Shown here piece after piece: positions 33,511-54,585 of a stretch of 64,000 bases of DNA. Below the pieces are notes generated by a model, which searched no databases, was not told the origin of the DNA, and was given only the letters and a program-made list of their open reading frames with translations. The DNA lies in NCBI RefSeq assembly GCF_009914755.1, contig NC_060936.1, one strand, 5' to 3'. The position numbers and the translations under genes are program-made. Numbering within the stretch: position 1 is the first letter of the stretch; each line of letters opens with the position of its first letter. The DNA is from the human T2T-CHM13v2.0 reference genome, Homo sapiens.

Positions 33511-35041
33511 CCTCTCCCTCTCCCTGTCCCTCTCCCCCTCCCTCCCTCCCCCTCTCCCTCTCCCTCTCCCCACGGTCTCCCTCTGCCTCTCTTTCCACGG
33601 TCTCCCTCTGATGCCGAGCCGAAGCTGGACTGTACTGCCGCCATCTCTGCTCACTGCAACCTCCCTGCCTGATTCTCCTGCCTCAACCTGCCGAGTGCCT
33701 GCAATTGCAGGCACGCGCCGCCACGCCTGACTGGTTTTCGTATTTTTTTGGTGGAGACGGGGTTTCGCTGTGTTGGCCAGGCAGGTCTCTAGCTCCTAAC
33801 CGGGAGTAATCTGCCAGCCTCAGCCTCCCGAGGTGCCGGGATTGCAGATGGAGTCTTGTTCACTCAGTGCTCAATGTTGCCCAGGCTGGAGTGCAGCGGC
33901 GTGATCTTGGCTCACTACAACCTCCACCTCCCAGCCGCCTGCCTTGGCCTCCCAAAGTGCCGAGATTGCAGCCTCTGCCCGGCCGCCACCCCGTCTGGGA
34001 ATTGAGGAGCGTCTCTGCCTGGCCGCCCATCGTCTGGGATGTGAGGAGCCCCTCTGCCCGGCTGCCCAGTCTGGGAAGTGAGGAGCGCCTCTTCCCGGCC
34101 GCCATCCCGTCTAGGAAGTGAGGAGCGTCTCTGCCCGGCCGCCCATCGTCTGAGATGTGGGGAGCGCCTCTGCCCCGCCACCCCATCTGGGATGTGAGGA
34201 GCGCCTCTGCCCGGCCGCGACCCCGTCTGGGAGGTGAGGAGCATCTCTGCCCGGCCACCCCGTCTGAGAAGTGAGGAGCCCCTCTGCCCGGCAGCCGCCC
34301 CATCTGACAAGTGAGGAGCCCCTCCGCCTGGCAGCCACCCCGTCCGGGAGGTGGGGGGGGGCAGCCCCTGCCCGGCCAGCCACCCCGTCAGGGAGGGAGG
34401 TGGGGGGGCGCCTCCGCCTGGCTGCCGCCCCATCCGGGAGGTGGGGGGCGCCTCTGCCCGGCCGCCCCTTCTGGGAAGTGAGGAGCCCCTCTGCCTGGCC
34501 GCCACCCCGTCTGGGAGGTGTACCCAAGAGCTCATTGAGAACGGGCCATGATGACGATGGCAGTTTTGTCAAATAGAAAAGGGGGAAATGTGGGGAAAAG
34601 ATAGAGAAATCAGATTGTTGCTATGTCTGTGTAGAAAGAAGTAGACACAGGAGACCCCATTTTGTTCTGTACTAAGAAAAATTCTTCTGCCTTGGGATGC
34701 TGTTGATCTATGACCTTACCCCCAACCCGGTGCTCTCTGAAACATGTGCTGTGTCCACTCAGGGTTAAATGGATTAAGGGCGGTGCAAGATGTGCTTTGT
34801 TAAACAGATGCTTGAAGGCAACATGCTCGTTAAGAGTCATCACCACTCCCTAATCTCAAGTACCCAGGGACACAAACACTGCGGAAGGCCCCAGGGTCCT
34901 CTGCCTAGGAAAACCAGAGACCTTTGTTCACTTGTTTATCTGCTGACCTTCCCTCCACTATTGTCCTATGACCCTGCCAAATCCCCCTCTGCGAGAAACA
35001 CCCAAGAATGATCAATAAAAAAAAACAAAAACAAAAAACAA
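33511..35041 (+). mobile_element. SVA, full length (SVA_B/C-like)
   Basis: CCCTCT hexamers, Alu-like domain, GC-rich VNTR ~33970-34520, SINE-R, AATAAA and A-tail; TSD AAAACCTTGAATGCA at 33496-33510 and 35042-35056. Confidence 0.96.
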
Positions 35042-35877
35042 AAAACCTTGAATGCAAGGTTTCCAGTGAGACACCTGAGGGACCTCAGCATTCATTGCCC
35101 TGTGCTACCTTGAGACTTTGTTTCTTGAACTCTAATGCAGTGCTCCTCACCTATCCCCGCTGTGAGTCAAGTGAGGTTAGCTGGCTGAAACCACTGCTCC
35201 AAAAGGTACAAGCCATAAACTTTGGTAGTATCCATGGAGTGCTAATTCTGCAGGAATACAGAATGCAAGAGCTATGGGGCCATAATGGCCTCCACCTAGA
35301 CTTCAAAGAATGTTGTAGAAAGCCTGTTGTAGGGGCCCAGGCAATTACTTATCTTGGGCAGAGTAATTGTAACAGCCCCCACTAGAGTAATACTTTGTGG
35401 CACGGGAGTGGGACAGCCCTCAAAGTCACAGAACTGTAGAGCCACCAGCATGCAGCTCCCATCTTTCCCAGCCTAGGAAAGTTGCAGGCAGGAGTCTCCA
35501 ACCTGTAAGAATTGATGGTTGGACTAAGCCCAGCAAAGCCATAGGGGTAGGGCTGCCTACATCCCTGGAGGCCCAGCCCCATGCCCTCAAGTGTGCCCAG
35601 GATATGGAGCATGGAGGCAAAGATTATTCTCCAGCTTTAAGACTTAATGTTGTTTTCCCTGTTAGATTTTGGACTTACCTGGGAGCTGTTACCCCTTTCT
35701 TTATGGCTATTTCTCCCTTTTTGAAGGGGAATGTCTATCTTACGCCTGTCCCACCATTGTATTTTAGAAGCATGTTACTTGTTAATTTCACAGGCTCACA
35801 GCTGGAAAGGAATTTGCCACAGAATGAATTGTGCCTTGAGTCTCACTCATAGATGAGTCAGATGAAACTCTGGACTT

Positions 35878-37056
<1,179 letters not shown>

Positions 37057-37060
37057 TCAG

Positions 37061-37294
<234 letters not shown>

Positions 37295-37465
37295 TGTAAA
37301 GAATAAAAGTGAGTAGACTTCTCTCAAGCATTAACCACATAAAATCTGTGAAAAGGATATTATACAATTTTTATTTAATGGAAAATTAATCACTAATCAA
37401 AGCAAGAACATGAGAAATGGTAATTCCCTCAAATCTTCAACCATACAAGTCAATTGAAATCCCTG

Positions 37466-38809
<1,344 letters not shown>

Positions 38810-38998
38810 ATTTAAAAATATCTTTTGTGGGGACCAGGACAGAGGTCCCTCTTACCTAGCTAAAACTGCAATACCAGTTCTATACTTTTCAGTGAGTCCT
38901 AGTTCAATATCTTCTAATAAGAACCATTTCACCTATTTAGGTAGCCTATCTATGTTGGAAGATGGTAATGATGCCCTTTCCCTTCTCTAATTACTTCC

Positions 38999-39254
38999 TG
39001 TATTAGTTTTTTATTGCTGGGTAATACATTACTACAAACTTAGTAACAAAACAATACACATTTATAATCTCACAGCTTTTGTGGGTCAGGAGTTTGGGCC
39101 ATAGGTGTATCTTCTGCTCAGGGTCTCAGAGGCTGCAATCAAGGTGTTACCTGGGTTGTATTTTCATCTGGGGGCTTGGTTGGAGAAAAATCTAAATTCA
39201 TTCAGTTTGTTGGTAGCTTTTATTTCCTCAGGACTATATGACTGAGGGACCGGG

Positions 39255-39288
<34 letters not shown>

Positions 39289-39640
39289 CCTGGTTGTCTG
39301 GAGCCTGCTCTCAGGTCCTAGAGGTTACCCAAAGAACCTACAGGCCACTTGTGGTAACCTTCCATATAGGCTTATTCAACATGGCTGCTTTCTTCATCAA
39401 GCAAGCAAGGAAAAGTTCTCTCCTCAGGGAGGATCCAGCTTCTTTTCAAAGGGCTTTTACCAGATTAAGTCAGGTCCACCCAAGATAATATCTCTTTTGG
39501 TTAACCCCAAATCAGTTTATTTGGTTCTTTATTACATCTGCAAAATTCTTGGCTAAAAGCAAGTTACAGGTTCTGCCCTCGCTCAAGAGAAGAGGATTAT
39601 AGAGACTGTGATCACCAGAAGGTGAGGATCATGGAGGTCA
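38999..39640 (-). mobile_element. MLT1-type MaLR LTR with an internal ~30 nt T-run (39256-39285)
   Basis: TGTATTAGTTTTTTATTGCTG...ACAAACTTAG...TCTCACAGCTTTTGTGGGTCAGGAG. Confidence 0.75.
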
Positions 39641-39944
39641 TTTTCCTATTCTCAAGAGTTGTTTCTTAAGTTTTTCCAAATTTGCCTATTTAACACCTCA
39701 TTCAACTTCTCTGCAAGTTTGAGGACAATAATAAAAATGATCAGGTTGTTGTTGATTCATCTTCTCTCTTAATGGGAGGGTGGGGAGTACTGATAGAAAC
39801 TGTTCAAGCTGAACTATGTATTAGTACTACTCCTACAAGTACTACTATTACTACTACTCTTAGATAATATTTATTGGGCCATCACTATATATCCAGTATT
39901 ACTCCAAGTATTTTACCAGAATTTAGTCTTCATAATAACCTTAA

Positions 39945-44580
<4,636 letters not shown>

Positions 44581-44959
44581 AGTGACTTGTCCACTACCTC
44601 CTGTGGAATTCATTAAAGGCCGACTCCCAGCATGAAATTGAATAAATGGGATGAATACAACTTCTGGTGAGAGAGTATGATAAAAAGTGCTTGCTCTGTT
44701 ACCAAGCAACTGAAAGAAAGTATGTTTTTTTCATTCCTTCATTATTAATACAATTCAAAGTACATTCTGTGAATTTAAAACATAAATGATGAATAAATCA
44801 ACATACTCCTGGCTTTTATGAAAATCTTTCCCTCTGCTCTTTAAACTCTCACCTACCTCCTTCCTTCTTTCTTTTCTAAGCCTCATAGAGGGCGCTCACA
44901 AAGTGCTACTTATTGATTGAGGAAGATCCACTCAAAAAACACACCTCACACTGCAACTG

Positions 44960-45600
44960 AGAGACGCAGCGCCACCACCTCGGGCTTCCTTCTCTTTTCC
45001 ACGCAGGAGGCGGGGCCAATGTCCCTCATTCAAATAAAAAACCAGAATTTGCATGGGGAATGGCTAGTCCTTGAGCTTATTGGCTGATAGCACAGTGGGC
45101 GGGGTACATAGCACGACCCCCCGGAGCCCCGCCCATATTAATTTGCATAACGGCCCCGGCGCGTGCAAGGGAGAAGCGGGTTTGTTTTTGAATCTGCGGA
45201 GGCGGCGGCGGTGGCAGCGGCGGCGCGGCGACTGAAGCGCGCGAAAAGCTGAGGCGGCAACGTCGGGGACGGCTGCGCGGGACGGCTCTGTAGGAAGGAA
45301 CTTGGTTCCCCCTCCCTCAGCTTCCGCCCCAAAAGGTATATGTGAATCCCAGGGGCTGTTAAAACCACATTTTCTTAAATTACTATTGTATTTCTGAAGA
45401 GTCAAGACCGCATTATGGCGGCTGCGGGAGTTGTGTCTGCGCCTGCGCGGTTGCGGAGCTGCGGGCGGCGCTGCATGGGAGCACGTGATCTTGCGGGGTC
45501 GGGCTCTAGCTGCAGTTGTGCAGCTGGCGGGGCGGTGGCTGCGCAAGCGCAATATTCATTTTCAAGATCTAATGTTCTTGTTGGACGCCATTTGGGTTCT
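44960..45600 (+). promoter_or_regulatory. ATF7IP: CpG-island promoter, TATA-less
   Basis: CpG-dense; GC boxes at ~45009, 45097 and 45126; CCAAT 45016-45020 and ATTGG 45079-45083; octamers 45047-45054 and 45141-45148; downstream YY1-like ATGGCGGC (~45415) and CGCCATTT (~45586); NRF1-like TGCGCCTGCGCG 45438-45449; E-box CACGTG 45482-45487. Confidence 0.9.
45185..45335 (+). other. ATF7IP: Non-coding exon 1 (5'UTR); start approximate; splice donor AAG|GTATAT
   Basis: ...CCCTCCCTCAGCTTCCGCCCCAAAAG recognised from memory as the ATF7IP 5'UTR; an adjacent RPL30 pseudogene is consistent with 12p13.1; not database-verified. Confidence 0.72.
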
Positions 45601-48600
45601 AGATTTAATTTTCCTCGTTCTTGAGGGGTTTCTTTGTGTTAACCTTAAATTCTCACAATTTTCAAGAAAAACATTACTCTAATGTTGTACTCCTGGGCCG
45701 ACCTCAAGCTCTTCTCTGTTTTTTCGATTTTTTGAAAAATTGTGGACTTAATTTTCTGTAAAAATGATTTTCATTTGTGGTTCTTGATTATAATTTCAGT
45801 TTTAAAGTATTACTGGATTCAGGTTTATATTTACGGTGGTAAAGATCAGCACCTAGTGGTGTTCTCACGGGAAGTGCATTTATTTGAACTGCATATTTGC
45901 AAATACATTTTTAACCCTATTTTTACCTGTTCTGTTATGGATGTGTGGAATGTTTACAAAACAGAAACAATTTTAGTTTTGGGAATATTGGGGGAACGGG
46001 AATAGTGGAAGAAATTACAGTATAATCGAAAATGAAATCTCAATCTGAGGATTATTTTGGTTTTAAATGTTTGATCCTAAGTAAATAAAGTTTTAATTTT
46101 AATCAGTTTGTATGTTTCTGGGCATTTGAATTTTACATGTTTTAAGTTTCTTAGGTGACTTGTTCATTACTGCTTCAGCTAGATTATTGTTACTTTTGAA
46201 ATTAATCAACTCATTTTCTTAGCATTTTTGTTTGCTATGATATGTAAGCTATAACATTTATTTGGTAAATTTTTCTGATGAAGAATTCTAGAAAGAACAT
46301 CCATTACCCTGAGGCCTCTTTGAAGAAAGTGGACCATTAATAAAAAAAATCTGTTTTTTTCTTTTAAACACTGTACTGTATGCATGTGTGTAAGATACAG
46401 TTGTGTTTGATTTTTTAATTGTAAGTGTGCTCCTGGTTTTATTAATAGTTTTTTAGGGAAGGTAATTATAAATATGCTACTGATTAGTTTAAAATGGTAG
46501 TGTCAACTATAGTTAAATCTTATGTAACACAATTGGGGGAAGTTATATAAGATTTGATATGATTCTCCCGTTGTGCAAATTCTTTCTTACTAAGCAAAGA
46601 AACTTGCAAATGTTTTCCATAGACTTCATTTGTGGTTCATATATACAACAACTGGTTTCTTGGTTGGTTATAACTCTTTAAGTTTGAATCAGTCTACTGT
46701 CAAATGAAGACGTGCCTCTTGCTTTATAATCTCGGTTAATTTAGGGAAATTTTTATTGCCTAAAACAAATACCATTAGTAAATATTACCTAGATGTAATT
46801 GAAAGTAATACTTTTGGTTGGTGGATTTTTAAATGACGTCACATATGAGATAGAATGGAGGTAGGAAAGATTCTTCTTTTTTTCTCAAGAGAATATTTGA
46901 CCTGATGTAATTCTTGGATCTCTGAGGTCTTCTACACAGAAGTATATTTAGAGAGCAGTTGTGTAATTTTCTCCCTTTTATGTTTCTGGAGTGGTTACCT
47001 AGCAGCCCCTTTCTACCACATGCTATTTCAGGCATTTTCGAGTTGAACATACACATAAATATTTCGGTTAACAAAAGAACTTTGATCTTTGATCTTAGGG
47101 CATGGTACACTTTACATTTCCAGAAAAATGAAATAGTTTGGTGTATATAAGCGTATGTTTTCATTTGAATATACAGATGATTGCTTTTTAGGTTAATATT
47201 GAAGGTAGTAAGAGGTATTTGAAAATGCTCTTGAATATGAAGAACATATTTATTGATGGGACGATTTTGCTGTCATGTTTCTTACAAGGCAGATATAATC
47301 ATGTAAACTTAATAAGATTAATTAATTGCCTGAACACCAACTATTTGTTTATTAGTACTTTGTCAATAACAAGTATATTTTAAAATTTTAGTTTGGTGGT
47401 TATGATGCCACAAAATTTTGACACATATCCAACATATATAAATATTAAGACTAGGTTACTCCAGGAATGAATACCAAGTTACTGAAGTTATTTAAAATCT
47501 TTGTAGTTTTGTAAATTTAAAAATTTATATGTAGTTTAGAAAAGACAGGTTTGAGTTATTAAACAATTAGAACTATTTTTTCTTTAAATTAGGTTTTGCA
47601 TATGTGATAAATGTATTTAAATATTTTTAAACTTATTCATTATAGAACATTTGGAAAATATTGAAAATTAATTAACAATGCTTAGAAATAACCACTCTAA
47701 AGGTATTGGTGATTTGTGACTTCACTTTTCCATGATTGAGCAATCTATAAATGTTTATTAATTAGTTTTTCATTGGTACCATAATTTCATTTCTACTCTT
47801 TTAATGTTATGAGTATTTTCCCATTTCATTATTCTTCTAAAATATGTCTTTAAATGGTTGCATGATACTTTATTATAATATCCCACATGATCAAATGTTC
47901 TTTTTAAACACATTTTAAAATGGTTACATATTATTGTTATCTCTAAGAATAATTTACTGTGATTTATTAAACCTTTCATTTTTTGTTTCCTGTTTTGTTT
48001 TTTGCTCATTTCTCTATTAAAAATAATGCTACAGTGAACGTTCTTGTACTATACCTCAGAATATTTCTTTGAAATTACTTTCAAAGGACTTTTAAAGTAA
48101 TTTGCAAAATTGATAAAAACTTTTTTTTGAAAAGCATTTTTTATCATATTCAATACCACCATCAATTAGATGGGTGAAAAATAGTAGCTCATTAACTTTT
48201 TTTGATAACTAGTGAAGTTGAATTTGTTATTGTTTTATATATGCATTTTTTTCATTTTCTGTGAATTAGCTGTTTGACTTTTTGTGTATTTTTCTATGAT
48301 GAGTGTTACTGTTTTTCTTATTTGTTGGTAACAGCTACTTACGGCTTTGGGGTCCTTAGCTTTTAATATTTGTCACAGTAATTTTAAAATTACCTTTTAA
48401 GTGGTTTATGATTGTATATGTTAAGAAGTTTTGCATTTTTATGTAGTAAAATGTACTGCCCCCCTTTTTTTTTTTGAGATAGGATCTTGCTCTGCTGCGC
48501 ATGCTAAAGTGCAGTGGCAGTGATCTCTGCCCACTGCAGCCTCGACCTCCCAGGCTCAAGCAATTCTCCCACCACTGGAGTAACTGAGACTACTGGTGAA

Positions 48601-48646
48601 GGATATCACACCCCGCTAATTTTTTCTTTTTTTTTTTTTTTAATAA

Positions 48647-48784
<138 letters not shown>

Positions 48785-49356
48785 TGATTTCTACAGCACT
48801 TGTCTGCCCAGAAAATATTACCTGTTGTAAGGTGAATTGTATGTTTATATTGTATTTTATTTTATTATTATTGTTTTTTGAGGTGGAGTCTAGCTCTGTC
48901 TCACAGGCTGGAGTGCAGTGGTGTGATTTTGGCTCACTGTAACCTCTTCTTGGGTTCCAGCGATTCTGCTACCTGAGCCTCCCAAGTAGCGGATTACAGG
49001 CGTGCACCACCATGCCCTGCTTTTAGTAGAGACGGGGTTTCCCCGTGTTGGCCAGGCTCGTCTTGAACTCCTGACCTGAGGTGATCTGCCTGCCTTGGCC
49101 CCCACAGTGCTAGAATTACAGGTGTGAACCACCGTGCACAGCCTTGTTCATGTGTTTTGTTAATTTTTTACTAGAACTTTTTCTGGAAGTTTTAATAAAC
49201 TTAAAAAATACTTTTACATCTATGTGGACATATCTGTGTTTTGACATATTGTGTGTTAAGATAAGTTGCTAGTTTCCATTTTTTTCCAGATATCTAGTTT
49301 CCATAGACTTGATCCATTTCTTATTGCTTTGGTAGCAAACAATTCTGATTCATATA

Positions 49357-49822
<466 letters not shown>

Positions 49823-52800
49823 AGGTTGACAATGACTGTATCTGGGCCTTATTCTTAGAGCATTATTGCATTGTTTTATTTGCTGTAGGACGGTACACAA
49901 TTTAAATATGTGTTTGTAGTGCTATATCCTATATAAAATCCAATACCCACTCACAATTCTATTTTACAATTTTCATAGCTAATTTTGACTGTTTTTGCAG
50001 ATCAACTTTAGGTTCATTTGGTTAATTAAGAAAAAAAAGCCAGCTAATGGTTTTGGTTACAATTCCATTAAATTTACATTGGGTGAATTTATAACCTTAT
50101 ACTATTTTTTTTAATTCATCGGTATTACACACTTCCTGTAGACTACCAAAAAGCACTATTTCCTAGGAACTCTGGGAGAATTTGTGGTATCTGTGACTTT
50201 TCAGGAGGATGTTTTCTTGGTGCAGCTATAATTTTAGTAGGGATGAATTAGGAGACAATATAAGGTTATATTTCTGTTTTCAATCTGGTTTAGGACATGA
50301 TGACATAAAAGTAGTATCAGTATGAAGTTAGACGTGGGAAAAATAAGTCGCAAAATAAAGTATTGTACAATATTCGAAATCAAAATCCTTTTTTGTTAAA
50401 CACAGACAATTTTTTTTTTTTTTGATGGAGGAATTTGAAAAGGTACCTTACTCCTTTTCTGGCCAGGGTGAGGCTTAATCTCATAATAAAGATAAAAAAT
50501 TTTTATTTTAGTTTCCTTGGTATCATTAAATTATTATATTTTCTTATAAGGATGTTTCCCTAATTATTAGAATAAATTTATTTTCCATTAAATCTCTTTT
50601 TTATGCTGATTGCATTGAAAAAGATTATCTTGATTAATAAGGATGTATTTCAGCTGTAATTCTACTTTATATCTTTTAAATAATTGATTCAGGAGTCAGT
50701 TTATTGCCAAAATAACATTTTTATTGAACTAAACTTGTAAATTAGTGGAGGAATGAAAAGAAGAAATCACGGAAATATAGAACTCAAATGATAAAATATT
50801 ATTGGCTTTATGAAAATAAATCTAGAAAATGGATATAAAATATTAAGATATTATTGGCCTTTCTTAAGCAGTTTATCTTTTTTAATGAAAAATCCCTGCC
50901 TTTGGGTCTTTTTCAAGCAACACTGCTTATAACAGCTTAGATATTTTACTTTTTTGTGAAAGTTGAGAACTTTTTCTAGTTCTGGTTTATTATTATACTT
51001 GGTTTCTAGACTATAACAGATGAGGAGTAAAAAATTAGAAGTGCTACTTGAGAAATGCATTTTGGTAGGGGCAAGAAATGATGTCCAGCATCATGATAGT
51101 AAAGGAGGGTTATATTTCTACTGTTAGAAGCAATAATTTATAAACTTAGTTATGAGGCTATTTAGTTTGGGAATCAGTATTCCCAGAGCTGAATCAGTAG
51201 TTATAGAATGTTCATTATTAATTGATGATTTTATTAATGATTCTGAATCAGAGAATATTGTTATATTTAACCTATTTCAGAAGGGAAATGAGCGTGTGAT
51301 TTAGTTTAGAAGGATTTCTATTATAATTTTTTCTTTTAGGTTTTGAGGCCTATGGAAAATTTATGCATTGGCTGCATACCTTGTTTTTCAAGGGAGTCAC
51401 ATGTATAAAGAAGCTTGAGAATAAAGTTCCTGCCTTTTGAGTTTCTAACAGTTGTGGGGCATATTATTGATTGAAAAATTAGGTGATGTTTTAGCATTAT
51501 TTAAACAGATTACCTTAATGTCATTAATTAGCTTCAGAGACCATAGTCCTTGTCACTTTCCTAGAGTACTTAGAAATTGCCTATCCTTTAGTGGAACTCT
51601 CTTTTAAACTTCTTGCTTGTTTGACCTTATATTTTATTAGAGAGGCCAAGAGTATTTAAACATTACTTTGCCATGTTCTTTCTCAGATTGTCCTGCCATC
51701 CACAGAGTAAATCAGGGGCTCCTCCAGGCATTTTAATTTGTTGAAAACAAAGAAAATTAAACTTTTTATAGATGATTCAGCTTGCATGGTGGAAACCATT
51801 TTGTATTGGAGACAGAGAGTGAGTGCTGGGGAGCACTTTCAGTTAAGAATAAGTAGATCAGGGCTACTAGTGCTTGTTTATATGGTGTGAATGTTTCAAT
51901 TTTAAATTTCGATCATTTGGAGTTTAGAATCTTTAAGAGGATGACTCAGGTACCTCAGCCACTTTTCAAAAAAAAAAAAAAAAATACCATAGGCCTAAGG
52001 GAACAGTTATACCTTCCTGAGAGTCTTTATAGTTGGACCTATATGAATATGAGAATCTGGGAAATGAAGATGACTTATTAACTTTGCCATCAGAAATATG
52101 CACTTATTCATGTCTGCAGTTTTCCATTGCTCAGAATATTATAAGAAACATTTTGTGTTCTTTTATATCCAATAACTGGTAGTAACTAGCTGTATTTGGG
52201 AGAGAGGACCCCTTTGTATGATGGTGATGTGAGGTAGTAATGCCATAATGTCTTACTATATATGATCCGTTCTCCCTTTCTTTGTTGTTTGTATAGCCCT
52301 ATGCTACTTTGGGGAAGTATTATCTGGTTTGATACCTAGAAATTATGTGTCCATCACTCTTGGCATTCTAATAATTTAACATTCTAATAAGAAATTTGAT
52401 TTGTATGTTAGAATAGTTGTCCTCAGAACTGTCAAAGCTGTAAAAGGAACTTTCTTTGGTTCAGTAATTCTCAGTGATAATGCCTACCATTTTGTAGAAG
52501 GATAAAGCTAAAAAGATGGAAAGGGAATCTGCTGTTTTGAGGACCAGGAGAAAGAGTTTGATGGAACAATAAAGGATGACTTGACTGCTGCAGCTTATTC
52601 CCAGCTAAGGCTTTGGAGCCTTAGATGTATATCTGCCCTGTTACTCTTATTAGATAGAATGTCATAGGAAAAAGCATGTAAGGGAAAAGAGAGACTGCTT
52701 TTGAACTCTTTTATTTCCTTTTAGGTGGTAAATGTCAGAAGTGAATTCCATTAGAGTAAAAACTAAGCTGCCACAGTATAGGAGACTCCATTCCTGTTGT

Positions 52801-53780
52801 TTAAAGATGACACATGTTTTTTTCTCATGTAACCATACAAAGTAAGACTGTTTAGAGTTTGTAAGTGGTTTTGCCTTAACATATGGCTTCCATCACTAGG
52901 TGAAACATGATTACTCTCTAGTTTTACTAGCTAGAGGCAAGGAAGAAAGAACAATGGGAGTGCATATTCTTTCTTTTGAGAGCATGATATGGAAGTGGCA
53001 CATAGCACTTTGACTCATGGTTTATGTGTGATCATTTAGTCATTGGGACATATTTAGCTGGGAAAGGAAGTCTGGGAAATATATCTAGCTGGATAATCAT
53101 ATGCTTAGCTAAAACTAGAGAATTTTATAAAAGAGAAATGGATATTAATGAATAGCATTTTCTGCTATATAAGGAATTGGGAGAAGTGGTCTCAAAGTAC
53201 TTCATAATTTGGTACTGAAAACTATTTCTCTTTTAAGATTTAGGTTCAGTTATAGTATAACTGTATATTTTCCATTGAAATGGTATTTTGGGGGTTTTGT
53301 GTTCATGATTTGTGGTTGGGGTCCCAGTTATTATAAATATTTATATTTGATAGAATTCTTCCCCTCTCTGCTTGCCGTTGAAAACATTATGATTAGTTTT
53401 GCAAGAATTAGAATTTCAAATTTTTAAAACTCAGTGTAGTATTTTTGAACTTTACAGGTTAACTTGCTTAATTCAACAGGACTGTAGATGAATCGAGTGA
53501 CAATTGTTTGAATAGTTTATGTTTGCATTATTTTATCCAGATTTTTTTTTCTCTGTTTATAACTGTATGTATAAAATATACATTTTCCATGATGGAAAAT
53601 ATGACTTTTTTTTTTTTTAATTGAGACTAGGGTCTCACTCTGTCACTCCAGCTGGAGTGCAGTGGTGTGATCATGGCTCACTGTAACCTTGACCTCCTGG
53701 GCTCAAGGGATCCTCCTGACTCAGCCTCCTAGGTAGCTTGGACTACAGGCACATGCCACCAAACCCAGCTAATTTTGTAA

Positions 53781-53930
<150 letters not shown>

Positions 53931-54551
53931 TGACTTCCAAGGGCCTTGTAATATACACAGGTAAAAAGATTGTGGTTGTAAATTCTCTGCATATAGGCAA
54001 AACTTACCTGATTAATAAGTAAGTAGTTAAAAGTAGCTTTCTACAGAATATGACAAGTAAAACAATATATATTTTTGTAGGGTACAGAAAGTGGTGAGAG
54101 TGTTGGAAGGAGATCAAGGAGATTTTATGGGAGTTGTATTTTAAGGAATGAATTAGACAGATAATACTAGTAAAGAGAATAAATAGTATGTTCAAAATCT
54201 TAGAGCCAGAAAGGAAGGTAGTGTGTTAGGAGAACTCTTAATAGCTCTGTGATACAAATCCTTGGTTTTTGTGAATAAAAGTCATAGTTGCCATGGCACC
54301 CACATAGTATGCCTATTAAAGCATGTTGTTGCTCTCAACTGGAAGTTCTCTAATTTTTCTTTGCTTTACTTCATATATTTTTTAAAGGCATTTATTCCTT
54401 TCCACTTTTATATTTATAGTTATTTGTTTTTTGTGTAGTACTTTATAAGTTTCCTGGGGTTAGGAATCATATCTTATTGATATATCTGACAATTTTTTAA
54501 GACAAATCCTTTCTAATAAGGTATGATAAGACCACTATTAAAAGTGTAAGA

Positions 54552-54585
54552 TTGCTTTCCACCATGCCTTGCTTTCCACCATGCC
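54552..54585. repeat. Perfect 17-bp tandem duplication
   Basis: TTGCTTTCCACCATGCC x2. Confidence 0.95.

Noticed and set aside
33970-34520. Repeat-spacer-like array (CRISPR-like)
   Set aside because: SVA VNTR units in a primate genome; no unique spacers and no cas genes.
33860-34576. Overlapping 100-200 aa ORFs and CpG-island-like composition
   Set aside because: SVA VNTR, stop-poor because of GC content.
45064-45552. 162-aa antisense ORF over the promoter
   Set aside because: Low-complexity CpG-island artefact with no recognisable domain.
51325-52740. Candidate splice acceptors (TTTTCTTTTAG ~51339, TTCCTTTTAG ~52724)
   Set aside because: Common in T-rich introns; no supporting ORF or donor evidence.
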